A stretch of 64,000 nt of DNA from an uncultured bacterium (lineage in GTDB: Bacteria; Patescibacteriota; Minisyncoccia; UBA6257; 2-01-FULL-56-20): contig OY970358.1 of assembly GCA_963718575.1 (NCBI GenBank), positions 578,172 through 642,171 on the forward strand, written 5' to 3'. Within the stretch, counting starts at the first letter, position 1. Every line of letters starts with the position of its first letter. This document shows, in pieces, positions 29,346 to 40,569 of this stretch. The notes under the pieces are model-generated. The model was not told the origin of the DNA and did not search any database. It worked only from the letters and a program-made list of their open reading frames with translations. The translations under genes and the position numbers were made by a program.

Positions 29346-29948
29346 ATGACTGTCATTCTCTCAAGCAGAAACCCAACAAAGATTCACCAGATCAGACAGC
29401 TTTTTGAAGGTTCGCCCATCAATATTCTCGGCATGGACGATGCGGGAATTGAAGGTGAGGCTATTGAGGATGGGGAAACACTCCGGGAGAACGCTCTCAA
29501 AAAGGCGCAGTTTGCAAAAGGGTATGTTGCGAATGCCTGGACAATGGCCGATGACACTGGGATCTTTATCGCGGCGTTGGATGGCAGGCCGGGAGTGCGA
29601 TCCGGCAGATGGGCTGGAGAGAGTGCGACTACTGAGGAAGGAATGCAATTTGCTCTTGCAAAAATGAAGGGGATATCAGATCGATCAGCGACATTCAGAA
29701 CGGTGGTGACCCTTATCTCTCCGGATGGGGAGGAATACTTTTTTACCGGCGAGGTTCAGGGAATACTTATCGATATCCCTCGAGTGCCTCCTCAACCCAA
29801 GATGCCCTATAGCCCATTATTCATCCCCCATGGCGAAGAGAAAACGTGGGCGGAAATGTCCACCGAATACGAGAACAATATCTCTCATCGCGGAAAGGCA
29901 TTTCGGCAAGCTCGCGTCTTTCTTGAGGACTTACTCGAGAAAAAATAG
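29346..29948 (+). CDS. rdgB: Non-canonical purine NTP pyrophosphatase (RdgB/HAM1)
   Basis: EDGETLRENALKKA, ADDTG, PGVRSGRW, ISHRGKA. Confidence 0.92.
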   Translation: MTVILSSRNPTKIHQIRQLFEGSPINILGMDDAGIEGEAIEDGETLRENALKKAQFAKGYVANAWTMADDTGIFIAALDGRPGVRSGRWAGESATTEEGMQFALAKMKGISDRSATFRTVVTLISPDGEEYFFTGEVQGILIDIPRVPPQPKMPYSPLFIPHGEEKTWAEMSTEYENNISHRGKAFRQARVFLEDLLEKK

Positions 29949-29997
29949 CCCAAGAAGGAATTAGTTTTAAAAGCGCGGAAAAAATCCGCGCTTTTTC

Positions 29998-32036
29998 TTA
30001 TATCTCAATCACCACCGGCAAAATCATCGGCCGGCGCTTCGTCTTCGCGTACAGATATTGCCCGATTTGATCGCGTAAGAGCGTTTTCACGTAATCCGGC
30101 TCCACTTCCTTGAAGTTGGGGATGCGGGTCATGAGGCCGCGGATGCGCTTGCGGATCTCGTCCAGGATCTCCTGGTTGTCTTTCAGATAGATGAACCCGC
30201 GCGAGATGATGTCGGGATTCTTGAGCAGGCGGCCCTTGTCGCGATCAACAGTGAGGATAATGACGAGCATGCCTTCCGCGGCGAGTGCGCGGCGATCGCG
30301 GAGCACGACCTCTTCGACGTCGCCGACGCCGAGGCCGTCTACCATCACGTAGTATGCCGGCACTTCTTCTTTGGTGACCTTGAATGTGTCCTTTGTGAGC
30401 TCAGCCACTTGGCCGTTGTCCATGAGGCGCACGTTGTCTTTCAATACACCCGCATCGCGTCGCGGTCATGCCGTTCGCGGCGCGCATGAAGTAGTAGCCG
30501 TGCACCGGCATGAGGAACTTCGGCTTGAGGAGTTTGATGACGAGCCCGATGTCGCCCTTCGGCGCGTGGCCGGAGGAGTGGATGTCGACGAGCGCGGAGT
30601 GGAAGACGATCGCGCCCTGGCGCGCCAAGTTATCTTTGACGGTCTGCACGCTGCGCTCGTTGCCCGGAATGACGGACGATGAAAGCACGAACGTGTCGCC
30701 GGCTTTGATCTTGATGTAGCGATGTTCGCCGTTGATGATCTTCATGAGGCCGGCGTTCGATTCACCCTGTGCGCCGGTCGTGAGGATCAACACTTTGTCA
30801 TCTTTGTACTTGCTGATCTCCTCCACGGAGATGAGCGTGCCTTCCTTTGCTTTTACAAAGCCGAGGTTCTGCGCGATCTGGATGTTCGTCTTCATCGAGT
30901 AGCCGTTCAGCGCGACCTTACGGCCGATCTTCTCGGCGATCTTGATGATCTCCGCGATGCGCGTGATGAGCGACGAGAACGTCGCGACGACGATGCGACC
31001 TTCCGCGAGCTTGAAGATTTCTTCCAAATTTCGCTCGACGGTCTTTTCGGAAACCGAGTGCCCCGGCTTTTCCGCGTTCGTGCTGTCTACCATGAAGGTG
31101 TGCACGCCCATCTTGCCGAGCTTCTCGAATTCTTCGATGCCGTGCACGTTGCCCTCGTCATCATAGTCCAGGCGGAAGTCCGCAAAGTGGACGATGTTGC
31201 CGATCGGAGTCTTGAGCATCACGCCGGTCGTTTCCGGGATCGTGTGCGGCACGCCGAAGAAGTATGCGTTGATGTTATTGGAGAGCTTCATCTCGTCGCC
31301 GTCCTTGATGATCTGGATGTTCATCTTTGGCGCGTTCGGAAAATCATCCGCACGCTTTTCGATGATCGCTTTCGTGATGCCCGTTGCGTAGATCGGCGGG
31401 TTGCCGAGCCGGGCGAGCACGTGCGGCAATGCGCCGATGTGATCGTAGTGGCCGTGCGTCAGAATGATCGCGGCGATGTTCTGTTTTTTCTTTTCGAGAT
31501 AATCAACGTTCGGGATGATGTAATCAATGCCCGGCGTTTCGTCTTCCGGGAATTGGAGTCCCATGTCGATGATGACGATCTCGTTCTTGTATTCGATGAA
31601 CGAGCAGTTGCGGCCGACCTCTTCCAGGCCGCCGAGCGGCACAAGGCGCACCGCATTCGGATTCGGATTTTTCATTCGGATCGCGCGCCACCTGCGGCTT
31701 GGGACCCATCTTTGAATTCTGCGGATGCGTGCCGGGTTTCGGCGCGCCCGGGCCGTGTTTGAATTCGCGGCGCGCTTCGCGCTCTTCGCGCGTGCCGCCT
31801 CCTGTACCACTACCACCGCCGTGCTGAGGGCGCTGTTGGGGACGTGCCATTGGCCGCACGGGGGATTGCCCCGGGCGCGGCGAAGGACGGCCGCCTGGGC
31901 GCTGTGTCGGTCGCGCAACCGGCGCGCCGACGGGCGTTGCCGTCATCGGCGCTCTTGGCCGGATCTCCGGCGGTTTTATACGCGGACGCTCTTTTTCTGC
32001 GGGGGCTGCGTTGTTATTTTCGTTTTTCTTAATCAT
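29998..32036 (-). CDS. rnj: Ribonuclease J with low-complexity N-terminal extension; 1-nt frameshifts near 31672 and 30460
   Basis: PLGGLEEVGRN, THGHYDHIG, HSSGH, PVHG, RRPMILPV spread over three overlapping frames. Confidence 0.93.
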
Positions 32037-32069
32037 TGTTATGTTACTGCGTAAACTTTTATTTTACTG

Positions 32070-32480
32070 TTATTTAATTTCTGCTTTTTTGACTTCTGCT
32101 TTGATTTTTTCTGCTATCGCCGCGAGCTCCTCTGCGGGCATCGACGTCGCTCTCGTCGAGTCCAGATCGTGCGGCTTATTGATCGGCACAAGATGCACAT
32201 GTCCATGGGGCACCCCGAATCCTTCGACCACCATGCCTACGCGCACCGAGCCCATCGCTTTTTGCAGCGGCGTCGACAACGCCTTTGCAAGGTTGAAAAT
32301 TTCTTCATAAAGACCGTCCGGCATATCAAAAATATTCTCGATATGTTCTTTGGGAATTATTAGCATGTGTCCGGGATTGACGGGCCGCATATCTAAAAAG
32401 GCCATGAAGCGATCATTTTCCCACACAAGATACGAAGGGATTTCCTTCGTAACGATCTTACAAAAAATGCACTCTGCCAT
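32070..32480 (-). CDS. HIT-family hydrolase
   Basis: CIFCKI, GHMLIIPKEH, VPHGHVHLVP; start MAEC at 32480 (the longer ORF overlaps the tRNA). Confidence 0.93.
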   Translation of the reverse strand: MAECIFCKIVTKEIPSYLVWENDRFMAFLDMRPVNPGHMLIIPKEHIENIFDMPDGLYEEIFNLAKALSTPLQKAMGSVRVGMVVEGFGVPHGHVHLVPINKPHDLDSTRATSMPAEELAAIAEKIKAEVKKAEIK

Positions 32481-32546
32481 AAATAAAATGTTTGTCGCGG
32501 TGGTTCGATGATTGCCCTGCTGATATATATAACGCGTAATGTATTG

Positions 32547-32630
32547 TGCTGGAGAGGGGAGTCGAACCCCTATGATCTTGCGATCGCTGGCACCTGAAGC
32601 CAGTGCGTCTGCCAATTCCGCCACCCCAGC
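32547..32630 (-). tRNA. tRNA-Leu(CAG)
   Basis: GCTGGGGTGGCGGAATTGGCAGACGCA-CTGGC-TTCAGGT-GCCAG, long variable arm, GGTTCGACTCC; no encoded CCA. Confidence 0.97.
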
Positions 32631-32693
32631 ACTTCTTAAAGGAGGGTCATCTTAGTGATTAAAGCATATCATGGGAGAATCGCAAAAGTCAAC

Positions 32694-32893
32694 CGTCCGC
32701 ACGGGTCTGGCATTGTATGGCTTTTGGAAACGACGCTCCTGGCTCATAAAGATACTGCTCGCTCATAACGAATATCTGCCGCCCTGGTCGAAGACTCCCG
32801 GGCACCCGGCAGATATTCTATTCGCTCGCGCATCTTTTATTCGCCATACGCCATTGTTTCCAAAAGCCATACAATGCCAGACCCGTGCGGACG
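32694..32893. repeat. 200-bp palindromic element with perfect 38-bp arms
   Basis: 32694-32731 is the reverse complement of 32856-32893; inner stem GAATATCTGCCG/CGGCAGATATTC. Confidence 0.9.
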
Positions 32894-33117
32894 CCATGGC
32901 TTAGAGAGGTTTTCCTGATGATAAAAGTATTAATCAAAAAATCTTTAAGCGCCTATTTCTTTGAAAGAAAATCCGTGATCAGCTTGCGTGCCGGAGGGTT
33001 GAATCCACTGTATTGTCCCTCGGTTAAATATTCACGCTTTGAAATCCATCGCCTTTCTCGTTAAGTTTTTCTTGTAGCATGCTAAAGGTGTAAATTTCGA
33101 TTTCGAAATATCCAATC

Positions 33118-34791
33118 CTACTTCAGCACCCGCGCCGTGTTCAAGTACCAGCTCTCTATCTCCCGGAACCGGTCCGAAGGATCGGTCAGGAGATTGGTCG
33201 TGATGCCCTGCGTGCTGTTGTTTGTGACGTACACGTAATCGGGCGAGTAGAGGAAGATGGCGGGATAGTTCGCCACGATGTCCGCCTGGGCGTTCGCAAG
33301 CTCCTGCGCGGTGGAACTGCCGACCGGCGTTTGCCGCGCGCGTTCGATGAGCGAATCCACCTTGGGATTGTTGTAGAGCGAGAGGTTGAGTCCGGGCGCG
33401 AAGTCCTGCGATGAATCCCAGAACGAGTAGAGGTCCGAGCTCGGACCGAGCACGTTGCCGAAGAGCAGCGACTCGTAATTGCGCGCCGGGATCAGGTTGT
33501 TCACGATGTCGTTCGAGGAATCGGGGATCACATTGACCTGGACGCCGATGGCTTGCCACGCCGTCTGGAGATAGCTCGCGGTGTTCGCCAGAAAATCGAT
33601 CTGCGGCACGGTGAGGTTTACGATGAGCGGGATCGAGACGCCGCCGATCGTTTTTGATCGGAAGGTGCTCGAGCCGGTGATCGTCCAGCCGGCGTTCTCG
33701 AGCAGGGTTTCCGCAAATGCCGTGGACGATGCCGCGCTCGGCGTACTGCTATTCAGCGTGGTCGCGACGGCGCTGTTATAGTACTGCGCGTTTTGCGGGA
33801 TCGGGCCGTACTCCGGCGTGCCATTGTCGCCGAGCGCGGCATTGACCAATGCATTGCGATCTACCGCGACAGAGAGCGCTTCGCGCACCGCGGGATCCTG
33901 CAGGCCGAGGTTCACGCTCTGGTTAAAGAACACCGCATAGTATGCGGACGTTGGCCACGCGTACATGCCGTCAGGCCGCGTTATCTCGGCAATATCTGCC
34001 GGGGTCACATTTCCGAATCCGTCGATCGTCCCGTTATTGAAGCTTTGCACGAGCGCGTTCTCGTCACTGAAGAAATCAAAATTGAAATTTTGGATAAGCG
34101 GATGCGCCTCGATCGTCCCGTTCCACGCCGTCAGCTGGTAAGAAGAAATGAACCCGTTGGTGTTCTTATCGTAGGACGCAAACTGATAGGGACCCGAGCC
34201 GACCGGCTTAAGATTGTAATCTGACAGGTGCCAGTTTCCCGGCGGCGTGTCGGCAAAAAGATGTTTCGGTAAAATATATAAATTATTGAGCGTATCGCCG
34301 AAGAACGCGTATGGCGTCGCAAGCGTGAATTGCACCTCAAGCTCGCTCACGCGGCTGACCGTCACTCCTTGCCAGCTTTGAAAGAGCGGGGAATTCGCAT
34401 CGGGGTTTTGGATGGACTGCACGGTGAAGACCACGTCATCGCTCGTAAGCTGCTGGCCGTCCTGCCAGGTGAGGCCTTGTTTCAAGCGTACGTCCCATGT
34501 CTTCAAGTCCGCGCTTGGCGTGATACTGTCCGAAATGTCCGGCAGATTGCTGTAGACCATCTTTACAAGGTCGAGATCGGTCTGCGACGACGCAATGACG
34601 GGGTTGATGTATTCCGGCTGGCCGAGCATGCCCTCGGTATATTCGCCGCCGGCGGCGGGCACCGCCTTCGTCGTCTGCGCGATCACGATTCCCGCAACGA
34701 CCGCAAAGCTCACGACCGCTCCGGCAATTGCCAGAACGAACGTCATGCGTTCTTTTTTAGTGAGCGCCGCAAAGATCTTCTTGAACCACAT
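33118..34791 (-). CDS. ABC peptide/nickel substrate-binding protein (family 5)
   Basis: WQDGQQLTSDDVVFT, PVGSGPY, VREALS.AVDR. Confidence 0.92.
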   Translation of the reverse strand: MWFKKIFAALTKKERMTFVLAIAGAVVSFAVVAGIVIAQTTKAVPAAGGEYTEGMLGQPEYINPVIASSQTDLDLVKMVYSNLPDISDSITPSADLKTWDVRLKQGLTWQDGQQLTSDDVVFTVQSIQNPDANSPLFQSWQGVTVSRVSELEVQFTLATPYAFFGDTLNNLYILPKHLFADTPPGNWHLSDYNLKPVGSGPYQFASYDKNTNGFISSYQLTAWNGTIEAHPLIQNFNFDFFSDENALVQSFNNGTIDGFGNVTPADIAEITRPDGMYAWPTSAYYAVFFNQSVNLGLQDPAVREALSVAVDRNALVNAALGDNGTPEYGPIPQNAQYYNSAVATTLNSSTPSAASSTAFAETLLENAGWTITGSSTFRSKTIGGVSIPLIVNLTVPQIDFLANTASYLQTAWQAIGVQVNVIPDSSNDIVNNLIPARNYESLLFGNVLGPSSDLYSFWDSSQDFAPGLNLSLYNNPKVDSLIERARQTPVGSSTAQELANAQADIVANYPAIFLYSPDYVYVTNNSTQGITTNLLTDPSDRFREIESWYLNTARVLK

Positions 34792-34800
34792 GTAAAAAAT

Positions 34801-35022
34801 TTAGTGCGTCTGGAGGAACAACTGGTATATCGCAAGCGCTACGAATGCCACCGAAAGGACGATCGTGGAGTAGAAGACCAGCTTCTCCATGCCGCGCCGC
34901 GCCTGGTAGTAGCCTTCGCCGCTGCCGCCCAAAAGGCCGGACATGCCGGAAGACCGCTCCTGCAAAAGGATGAGCGTGATGATAACGATGGAGAGGATGA
35001 TCTGGATGATGGCGATGGTCAT
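34801..35022 (-). CDS. secG: Preprotein translocase subunit SecG
   Basis: ILLQERSSGMSGLLGG, RRGMEK; two TM helices. Confidence 0.92.
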   Translation of the reverse strand: MTIAIIQIILSIVIITLILLQERSSGMSGLLGGSGEGYYQARRGMEKLVFYSTIVLSVAFVALAIYQLFLQTH

Positions 35023-35038
35023 GATCTTAAGGGGTTAA

Positions 35039-35407
35039 TTATAGTGCGAGGTGAATGATGAAATTTATAACACTGATGATGATGGTCGCGAAGAAGAGGG
35101 CGGGAATGCTCTGTATCATAATACTTCCGTGAAGGAAGTCAATGTTGTCGGCGACGATCGGGAGTAAGTAGAGGATGATCGCGTTCACTACGATGATGCC
35201 GAGTCCGAGCGTCAGGATGATGACCGGGCCGAGCACGAGCGTGAGAAGCGGCTTTAGGAAGAAGTTCAATACCGCGAGTACGAGCGCGATGAGCACGAGC
35301 GTGATCCAGTTGCCGCCCAATACGAAGCCGGGTACCCAAAGATAGGCCGCCCACAAGGCGAGTGCGTTGCCGCCCACTACTATTACGAGCCGCGCGAACC
35401 AGTGCAT
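35039..35407 (-). CDS. 4-TM phage-holin-family (YvlD-like) membrane protein
   Basis: LNFFLKPLL, TLGL..IVVNAIIL. Confidence 0.85.
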   Translation of the reverse strand: MHWFARLVIVVGGNALALWAAYLWVPGFVLGGNWITLVLIALVLAVLNFFLKPLLTLVLGPVIILTLGLGIIVVNAIILYLLPIVADNIDFLHGSIMIQSIPALFFATIIISVINFIIHLAL

Positions 35408-35450
35408 TGTTCTATTATAACACCATCGCACAATTTGTTATCATAAAGAC

Positions 35451-35762
35451 ATGAAAGATCCCTTCGCCCGGATAATAAGCTGGATGGCCTTTTTGGTGCC
35501 CATGGCCTGCATCATCCTTTTCTTCGCGCTATTCAATGAGTTCTATATCTATTCCATAGTTATCAGCGCCATCGTCGTTGTTATGGGGAGCTTCGGCATC
35601 AATAAAATAAGTCCCAAAGATTTCAAGGGTGAGAAAGTCGATGCTAAAAATAAAGAGATGTTTTTCAATAGGCTGCTGATCAGCGGCGGAGTGACCTTTG
35701 GCGTCTTCGGACTTTGCTCCTACTTTGCCTTTTTTATCATCAAGATCATCGTCTCTCGCTGA
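35451..35762 (+). CDS. Small 3-TM hypothetical protein
   Basis: Hydrophobic ORF; TGTTATCAT 6 nt before the ATG. Confidence 0.7.
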   Translation: MKDPFARIISWMAFLVPMACIILFFALFNEFYIYSIVISAIVVVMGSFGINKISPKDFKGEKVDAKNKEMFFNRLLISGGVTFGVFGLCSYFAFFIIKIIVSR

Positions 35763-35813
35763 CCTCGAAACTTGCTGGAATTTTGCCCAAAACTTTGTTA
35801 AAATAAGCCGTAT

Positions 35814-36389
35814 ATGGTTATCAATTACTTCGGCAATGGCTGTTTTCGGTTGCAAAGCGGGGATACCTCCGTGCTTGTGAATCCCGAGAATAACAGGCTT
35901 AAAGCGGATGTCACGTTAAAGACGCTTACGGCGACGGAGGTGGATGTTTCTGCCGAGGCGCCGGACGAGGTCGTGATCTCGTTTCCGGGTGAGTATGAAG
36001 AAAAAGAGGTCGAGATCATCGGCTTCCCGGTGCCGGAAGAATCCACGGATAAGTTTTTGAAGACGACGTACGCTGTCACGTGGGAGGGAATGAAGTTCGT
36101 GTTCCTTGGCCATCTTTCAAAGCCGATAGACGCGACGTTGATGGAAGCGTTCTCCGAGCCCGACGTGCTGATCCTGCCGGCGGGCGGCGGACATTTCCTC
36201 GAGCCGGAAGTTGCGGCGAAGATCGCAAAACAGCTCGAGGCGCGGATCGTGATCCCGAGCTTTTATAAGGATGCGGCGGAATTTTTGAAGGCGTTCGGCA
36301 AGAAAGCGGAAGAAATGGATAAGTTCGTCTTTAAGCAAAAGGACATTGTTGCCGACAAGGGTCGCGTGCTCATTCTTAAAGCAAGCTGA
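35814..36389 (+). CDS. MBL-fold (Lactamase_B_3-like) protein lacking the HxHxDH motif
   Basis: YFGNGCFRL, PGEYE, DVLILPAGG, IVIP. Confidence 0.8.
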   Translation: MVINYFGNGCFRLQSGDTSVLVNPENNRLKADVTLKTLTATEVDVSAEAPDEVVISFPGEYEEKEVEIIGFPVPEESTDKFLKTTYAVTWEGMKFVFLGHLSKPIDATLMEAFSEPDVLILPAGGGHFLEPEVAAKIAKQLEARIVIPSFYKDAAEFLKAFGKKAEEMDKFVFKQKDIVADKGRVLILKAS

Positions 36390-36682
36390 TGCTCGAAGAA
36401 CTGCAATCGCTCAGCGAAGCGAAAAAGAAACAAGTCATCATCATTGCCACTATCATCATTATGATCATCGTCATCGGAGCGTGGGCGGCATACTTTAATA
36501 GTGTGATCCAGGGAACCGCAGAGCAGGTGGCGGATCAAGCGAGTTCTACGACGCAGGCCGCCGCGCCGTCTGTAGCCGCGGCCCCGACACCCGCCCCCGC
36601 ACAGGCAAGCGGGCCGAGTCTGTGGCAAAATATAGAGAACTTCTTTAAGGGGTCGTCGAACTATACTATTCAACCGCAATAA
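36389..36682 (+). CDS. Single-TM hypothetical protein
   Basis: Coupled to the previous gene; TM followed by an Ala/Pro-rich tail. Confidence 0.75.
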   Translation: MLEELQSLSEAKKKQVIIIATIIIMIIVIGAWAAYFNSVIQGTAEQVADQASSTTQAAAPSVAAAPTPAPAQASGPSLWQNIENFFKGSSNYTIQPQ

Positions 36683-36688
36683 AATATT

Positions 36689-39127
36689 ATGCCAGACATG
36701 GAACCGCAGGAAATAACCAAAGAGCTCGGCGATTCGTACCTTAGCTACGCGATGTCGGTCATCGTCGCGCGCGCACTGCCCGACGTCCGCGACGGCATGA
36801 AGCCGGTGCATCGCCGCATCCTTTGGGATATGTGGGACAGCGGCATCATCTCGAGCGCAAAGACGAGGAAATCAGCGAACGTTGTCGGTCAGGTGCTGGC
36901 GCGCTATCACCCGCACGGCGATAGTTCCGTTTATGATGCGATGGTCCGCATGGCGCAGGATTTTTCGTTACGATACCCGCTCATCCATGGGCAAGGAAAC
37001 TTCGGTTCTGTCGATGGAGATTCGGCGGCTGCTTATCGTTATACCGAAGCGAAGCTTTCAAAGATCGCCGGTGAGCTGCTCGTGGATATCGAGAAGGAAA
37101 CCGTGGATTGGATCCCTAACTACGACGGCACGCGCAACGAGCCGACGGTGCTTCCGGCAAAATTACCAAACCTTCTTTTAAATGGCGTCGCTGGCATCGC
37201 CGTTGGTATGGCAACGAGCATCCCGCCTCACAATTTAAATGAAATTTGCGATGCCATTTTGTATTTGGCCGATAACGGCGATACGACAAGTGAGGACCTT
37301 CTGGATTTTGTAAAAGGCCCGGATTTTCCGACCGGCGGCATTATCTATGATGTGAAGGCGATAAAGGAAGCATACGTTTCCGGGCGGGGCGCGGTCATGA
37401 CGCGCGCGAAGGCGGAAATCGTGGAGAAGAAGAACAGCCGCCAGTTCGATATCGTCGTCACGGAGATCCCGTATCAGGTCAATAAATCCGAACTTATAAA
37501 AAATATCGCCGAGCTTGCGCAGGATAAAAAGATCGAGGGCATCCGCGACTTGCGCGACGAGTCCGACCGTGAAGGCATGCGCATCGTGATCGAGCTCAAG
37601 AACGATGTTGCGCCGCAGAAAGTTCTGAACTGGCTCTTTAAGCACACCGAGCTCGAGAAGAACTTCAACTTCAACATGATCGCGCTCGTGAATGGCATCG
37701 AGCCGCGCCTGCTCAACCTCAAGGACATTCTTGCCGAGTACATCGAACACCGAAAGGTGATCGTCGCTCGCCGCACGAAGTTTGATCTTCGCAAAGCGGA
37801 GGAGCGCGCGCATATTCTGGAAGGTCTTATGATCGCGCTCGACGCGATCGACCGTGTGATCGCAACGATCAGGAAGTCCGAAGACAAAGAAGTTGCGCAT
37901 GCGAACCTTATGAAAGGATTTAAATTGAGCGCGCTTCAGGCGACGGCGATTTTGGAAATGCGTTTGCAAACGCTCGCCGCACTTGAGCGGATCAAGATCG
38001 AGTCCGAGCTCAAAGAGAAGCATGATTTGATAAAAGAGCTCATGGCGATATTGAAGAGCCCGGCGCGCATTTTAAAGATCATCAAAGACGAAGTAACCGA
38101 GCTGAAGGAAAAGTATGGCGACGAGCGACGCACGAAAGTGGTATCGCGCGCGGTGGAGTCGGTGAGCGACGAGGACCTGATCCCGGAGGAAGAGGCGATT
38201 GTCACGGTCTCCGGCGGCGGATATATCAAGCGCCTGCCGCCGAGCACGTTCAAAGTGCAACGGCGCGGCGGAAAAGGTTTGATCGGTTCCGAGGTTGCGG
38301 ACGAAGATTTCCTTTCGCATTTCTTCAGCGCAAACACGCACGACAACGTTTTGTTCTTTACCGATCGCGGCCGCGTGTTTCAGACGAAGGTCTACGAGAT
38401 CCCGCAGGCGACGCGAACTTCCAAAGGCAAAGCGATTCAAAACTTCCTCGAGCTTCCCGCCGACGAGAACGTGAGTGCAATCGTCAACTATTCGGCGAAA
38501 GGCGCGAAAGCAGAGGGAAAGACCGGCAGAAAATATCTGATGATGGTCACAAAGCAGGGCCTCATCAAAAAAACGCCGCTCGAAGATTTTGAAAATATTC
38601 GCCGTACCGGCATCATCGCTGTTTCGCTCAAGAAAGGTGATTCCCTCAAGTGGGCAAAGCTCACGACCGGCGCGGAGCAGGTGGTGCTCGCCACGCGGCA
38701 GGGTCAGTCGATCCGTTTTGACGAGAAGCAGGTGCGCCCGATGGGCCGCACTGCCGCAGGCGTCCGCGCGATCAAACTGAAGAAACAGAACGACGAGGTT
38801 GCCGGCTTTGATATAATAAGAGGAGACGACGCGATGCTGCTCGTGGTGATGGAACACGGCTTTGCGAAGCAGACGCAGCTCAAGGAATACAAAGTGCAAA
38901 GCCGCGGCGGATCGGGGATCAAGACGGCCGAGGTGACGCCGAAGACCGGCGCGGTCGTGTCCGCGCATGTGGTCACGGAAGAGAAGGAGATCTTCGCGCT
39001 TTCCGCAAAAGGACAGATGATCCGCACGGAGATTTCCACGGTGCGCACCACCGGCCGCTCGGCGCAAGGCGTGCACATCATGAATCTCAAGCCCGGTGAT
39101 CGCGTAGCGGGAACGGTGGTCATATGA
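36689..39127 (+). CDS. gyrA: DNA gyrase subunit A
   Basis: [29 protein letters not shown], GyrA box QRRGGKG. Confidence 0.98.
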   Translation: MPDMEPQEITKELGDSYLSYAMSVIVARALPDVRDGMKPVHRRILWDMWDSGIISSAKTRKSANVVGQVLARYHPHGDSSVYDAMVRMAQDFSLRYPLIHGQGNFGSVDGDSAAAYRYTEAKLSKIAGELLVDIEKETVDWIPNYDGTRNEPTVLPAKLPNLLLNGVAGIAVGMATSIPPHNLNEICDAILYLADNGDTTSEDLLDFVKGPDFPTGGIIYDVKAIKEAYVSGRGAVMTRAKAEIVEKKNSRQFDIVVTEIPYQVNKSELIKNIAELAQDKKIEGIRDLRDESDREGMRIVIELKNDVAPQKVLNWLFKHTELEKNFNFNMIALVNGIEPRLLNLKDILAEYIEHRKVIVARRTKFDLRKAEERAHILEGLMIALDAIDRVIATIRKSEDKEVAHANLMKGFKLSALQATAILEMRLQTLAALERIKIESELKEKHDLIKELMAILKSPARILKIIKDEVTELKEKYGDERRTKVVSRAVESVSDEDLIPEEEAIVTVSGGGYIKRLPPSTFKVQRRGGKGLIGSEVADEDFLSHFFSANTHDNVLFFTDRGRVFQTKVYEIPQATRTSKGKAIQNFLELPADENVSAIVNYSAKGAKAEGKTGRKYLMMVTKQGLIKKTPLEDFENIRRTGIIAVSLKKGDSLKWAKLTTGAEQVVLATRQGQSIRFDEKQVRPMGRTAAGVRAIKLKKQNDEVAGFDIIRGDDAMLLVVMEHGFAKQTQLKEYKVQSRGGSGIKTAEVTPKTGAVVSAHVVTEEKEIFALSAKGQMIRTEISTVRTTGRSAQGVHIMNLKPGDRVAGTVVI

Positions 39128-39209
39128 CAAACACCTAATCCCTCCGCAATCATGTATAAGAATAAATGCTCGCGGAGGGATTAGGTGTTTGTTGCTCGAG
39201 AGTAAAAAA

Positions 39210-40544
39210 ATGCCAAAGAACTTTACGCAAAAACAAATAATAATCATCGGAGGCACCGCTCTCGTGATTATCATCGCTGCGGTTCTCTTTTTGTTGAACA
39301 TTCGCTCGACGCCCGCGTCAGAGCAGACGATCAAAGTCACCATCTGGGGAACGGACAGCCAGCAGGCGTTCGATGACATGATCGGCGCGTACACCGGACC
39401 CGGTTCCGGCACGCAATCAGAGATCAAGTATACGCAGATCGATCCGGCGCAATATCAGAGCAAGCTCCTCGCGGCGCTCGCCGCCGGCACGGGGCCCGAC
39501 ATGTTCGAGATCCCGAACCGCGACCTGCCCCAGCTTGAAAGCGTCGCCGCGCCGCTCCCGGCATCGCTCTCGACGACGTTCAGCCAGGTGACGTTGCAAA
39601 ACGATTTCCCGGACGTTGTCTCACGGGATTTTGTCTCCGGCGGGAATATTTATGCACTTCCGATCTCGATCGACACGCTCGCGATGATCTACAACAAGGA
39701 TCTGTTCAACACCGCCGGCATCGCGACGGTGCCCACAACATGGGAGGAGCTCCAGACGGACTTGCCGAAGCTGCGCGTGGAGAATGCGCAGGGCCAGATC
39801 ACGCAGGCGGCGCTCGCGATGGGTGGTTCCGAAAAGAGCATTGCCGATGCGCCCGATATTATTTTTCTTTTGATGATGCAGAACGGCGCGCAGATGAATT
39901 CCACGGACGGATCGTCGGTGACGTTTGCGACGGGCGGCGGCAATAATGGAACCGGTGGTGGCTCAAGCGACGCCGGCCTCAACGCTTTCAATTATTATCT
40001 GCAGTTCGCGAATGCCGCGGACCCGAACTACACGTGGAGCGACGACATGGGCGATTCGCTCGCGAGCTTCGAGCAGGGAAAGACCGCGGTCATCTTCGAT
40101 TACTCTTCCGCGCTCCCCGCCATCACCGCTGCGGCACCGTTCCTGAACTACGGCGTCGCCGCGATGCCCCAGCCCGCAAACGCGACGGTGGCGGTGAACT
40201 ACGCAAAGTACAACGGTCTTGCGGTCTCGCGCGCCAGCACGCAGATCGCCGGCGCGTGGAACTTCATCATCAATTTGACGACGTCTGCCGCGGATGAGAA
40301 CATATACACGAAGGACACGGGCGCGCCAGGCGCATTGCGGGCGGTGATCGCGGCGGATGAGGCCGATCCCGCGCTTGCGGTCTTCGCCGCGCAGGAGCTC
40401 ACCGCGCAGTCGTGGCACGAGTCGAATAGCGAGACCATCGATTCGATCATGAACACCGCGATAGAGAACGTCCTGAACGGCGCATCCGATTCAACCACCG
40501 CCCTCACCCAGGCGCAGAGCGCGATGAACGCGATAGGGAATTGA
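39210..40544 (+). CDS. Extracellular solute-binding protein (family 1)
   Basis: N-terminal TM, AAGTGPD, YALPISIDTLAMIYNKDLF, PTTWEE. Confidence 0.9.
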   Translation: MPKNFTQKQIIIIGGTALVIIIAAVLFLLNIRSTPASEQTIKVTIWGTDSQQAFDDMIGAYTGPGSGTQSEIKYTQIDPAQYQSKLLAALAAGTGPDMFEIPNRDLPQLESVAAPLPASLSTTFSQVTLQNDFPDVVSRDFVSGGNIYALPISIDTLAMIYNKDLFNTAGIATVPTTWEELQTDLPKLRVENAQGQITQAALAMGGSEKSIADAPDIIFLLMMQNGAQMNSTDGSSVTFATGGGNNGTGGGSSDAGLNAFNYYLQFANAADPNYTWSDDMGDSLASFEQGKTAVIFDYSSALPAITAAAPFLNYGVAAMPQPANATVAVNYAKYNGLAVSRASTQIAGAWNFIINLTTSAADENIYTKDTGAPGALRAVIAADEADPALAVFAAQELTAQSWHESNSETIDSIMNTAIENVLNGASDSTTALTQAQSAMNAIGN

Positions 40545-40569
40545 GGCAGCCGCATACCCACCACAATTC

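Noticed and set aside
32953-33080. Possible small frameshifted minus-strand ORF (MLQEKLNEK…)
   Set aside because: Too short and broken to support a call.
35039-35407. Holin as evidence of a prophage
   Set aside because: This 4-TM family is common in core genomes and sits next to secG with no phage genes.
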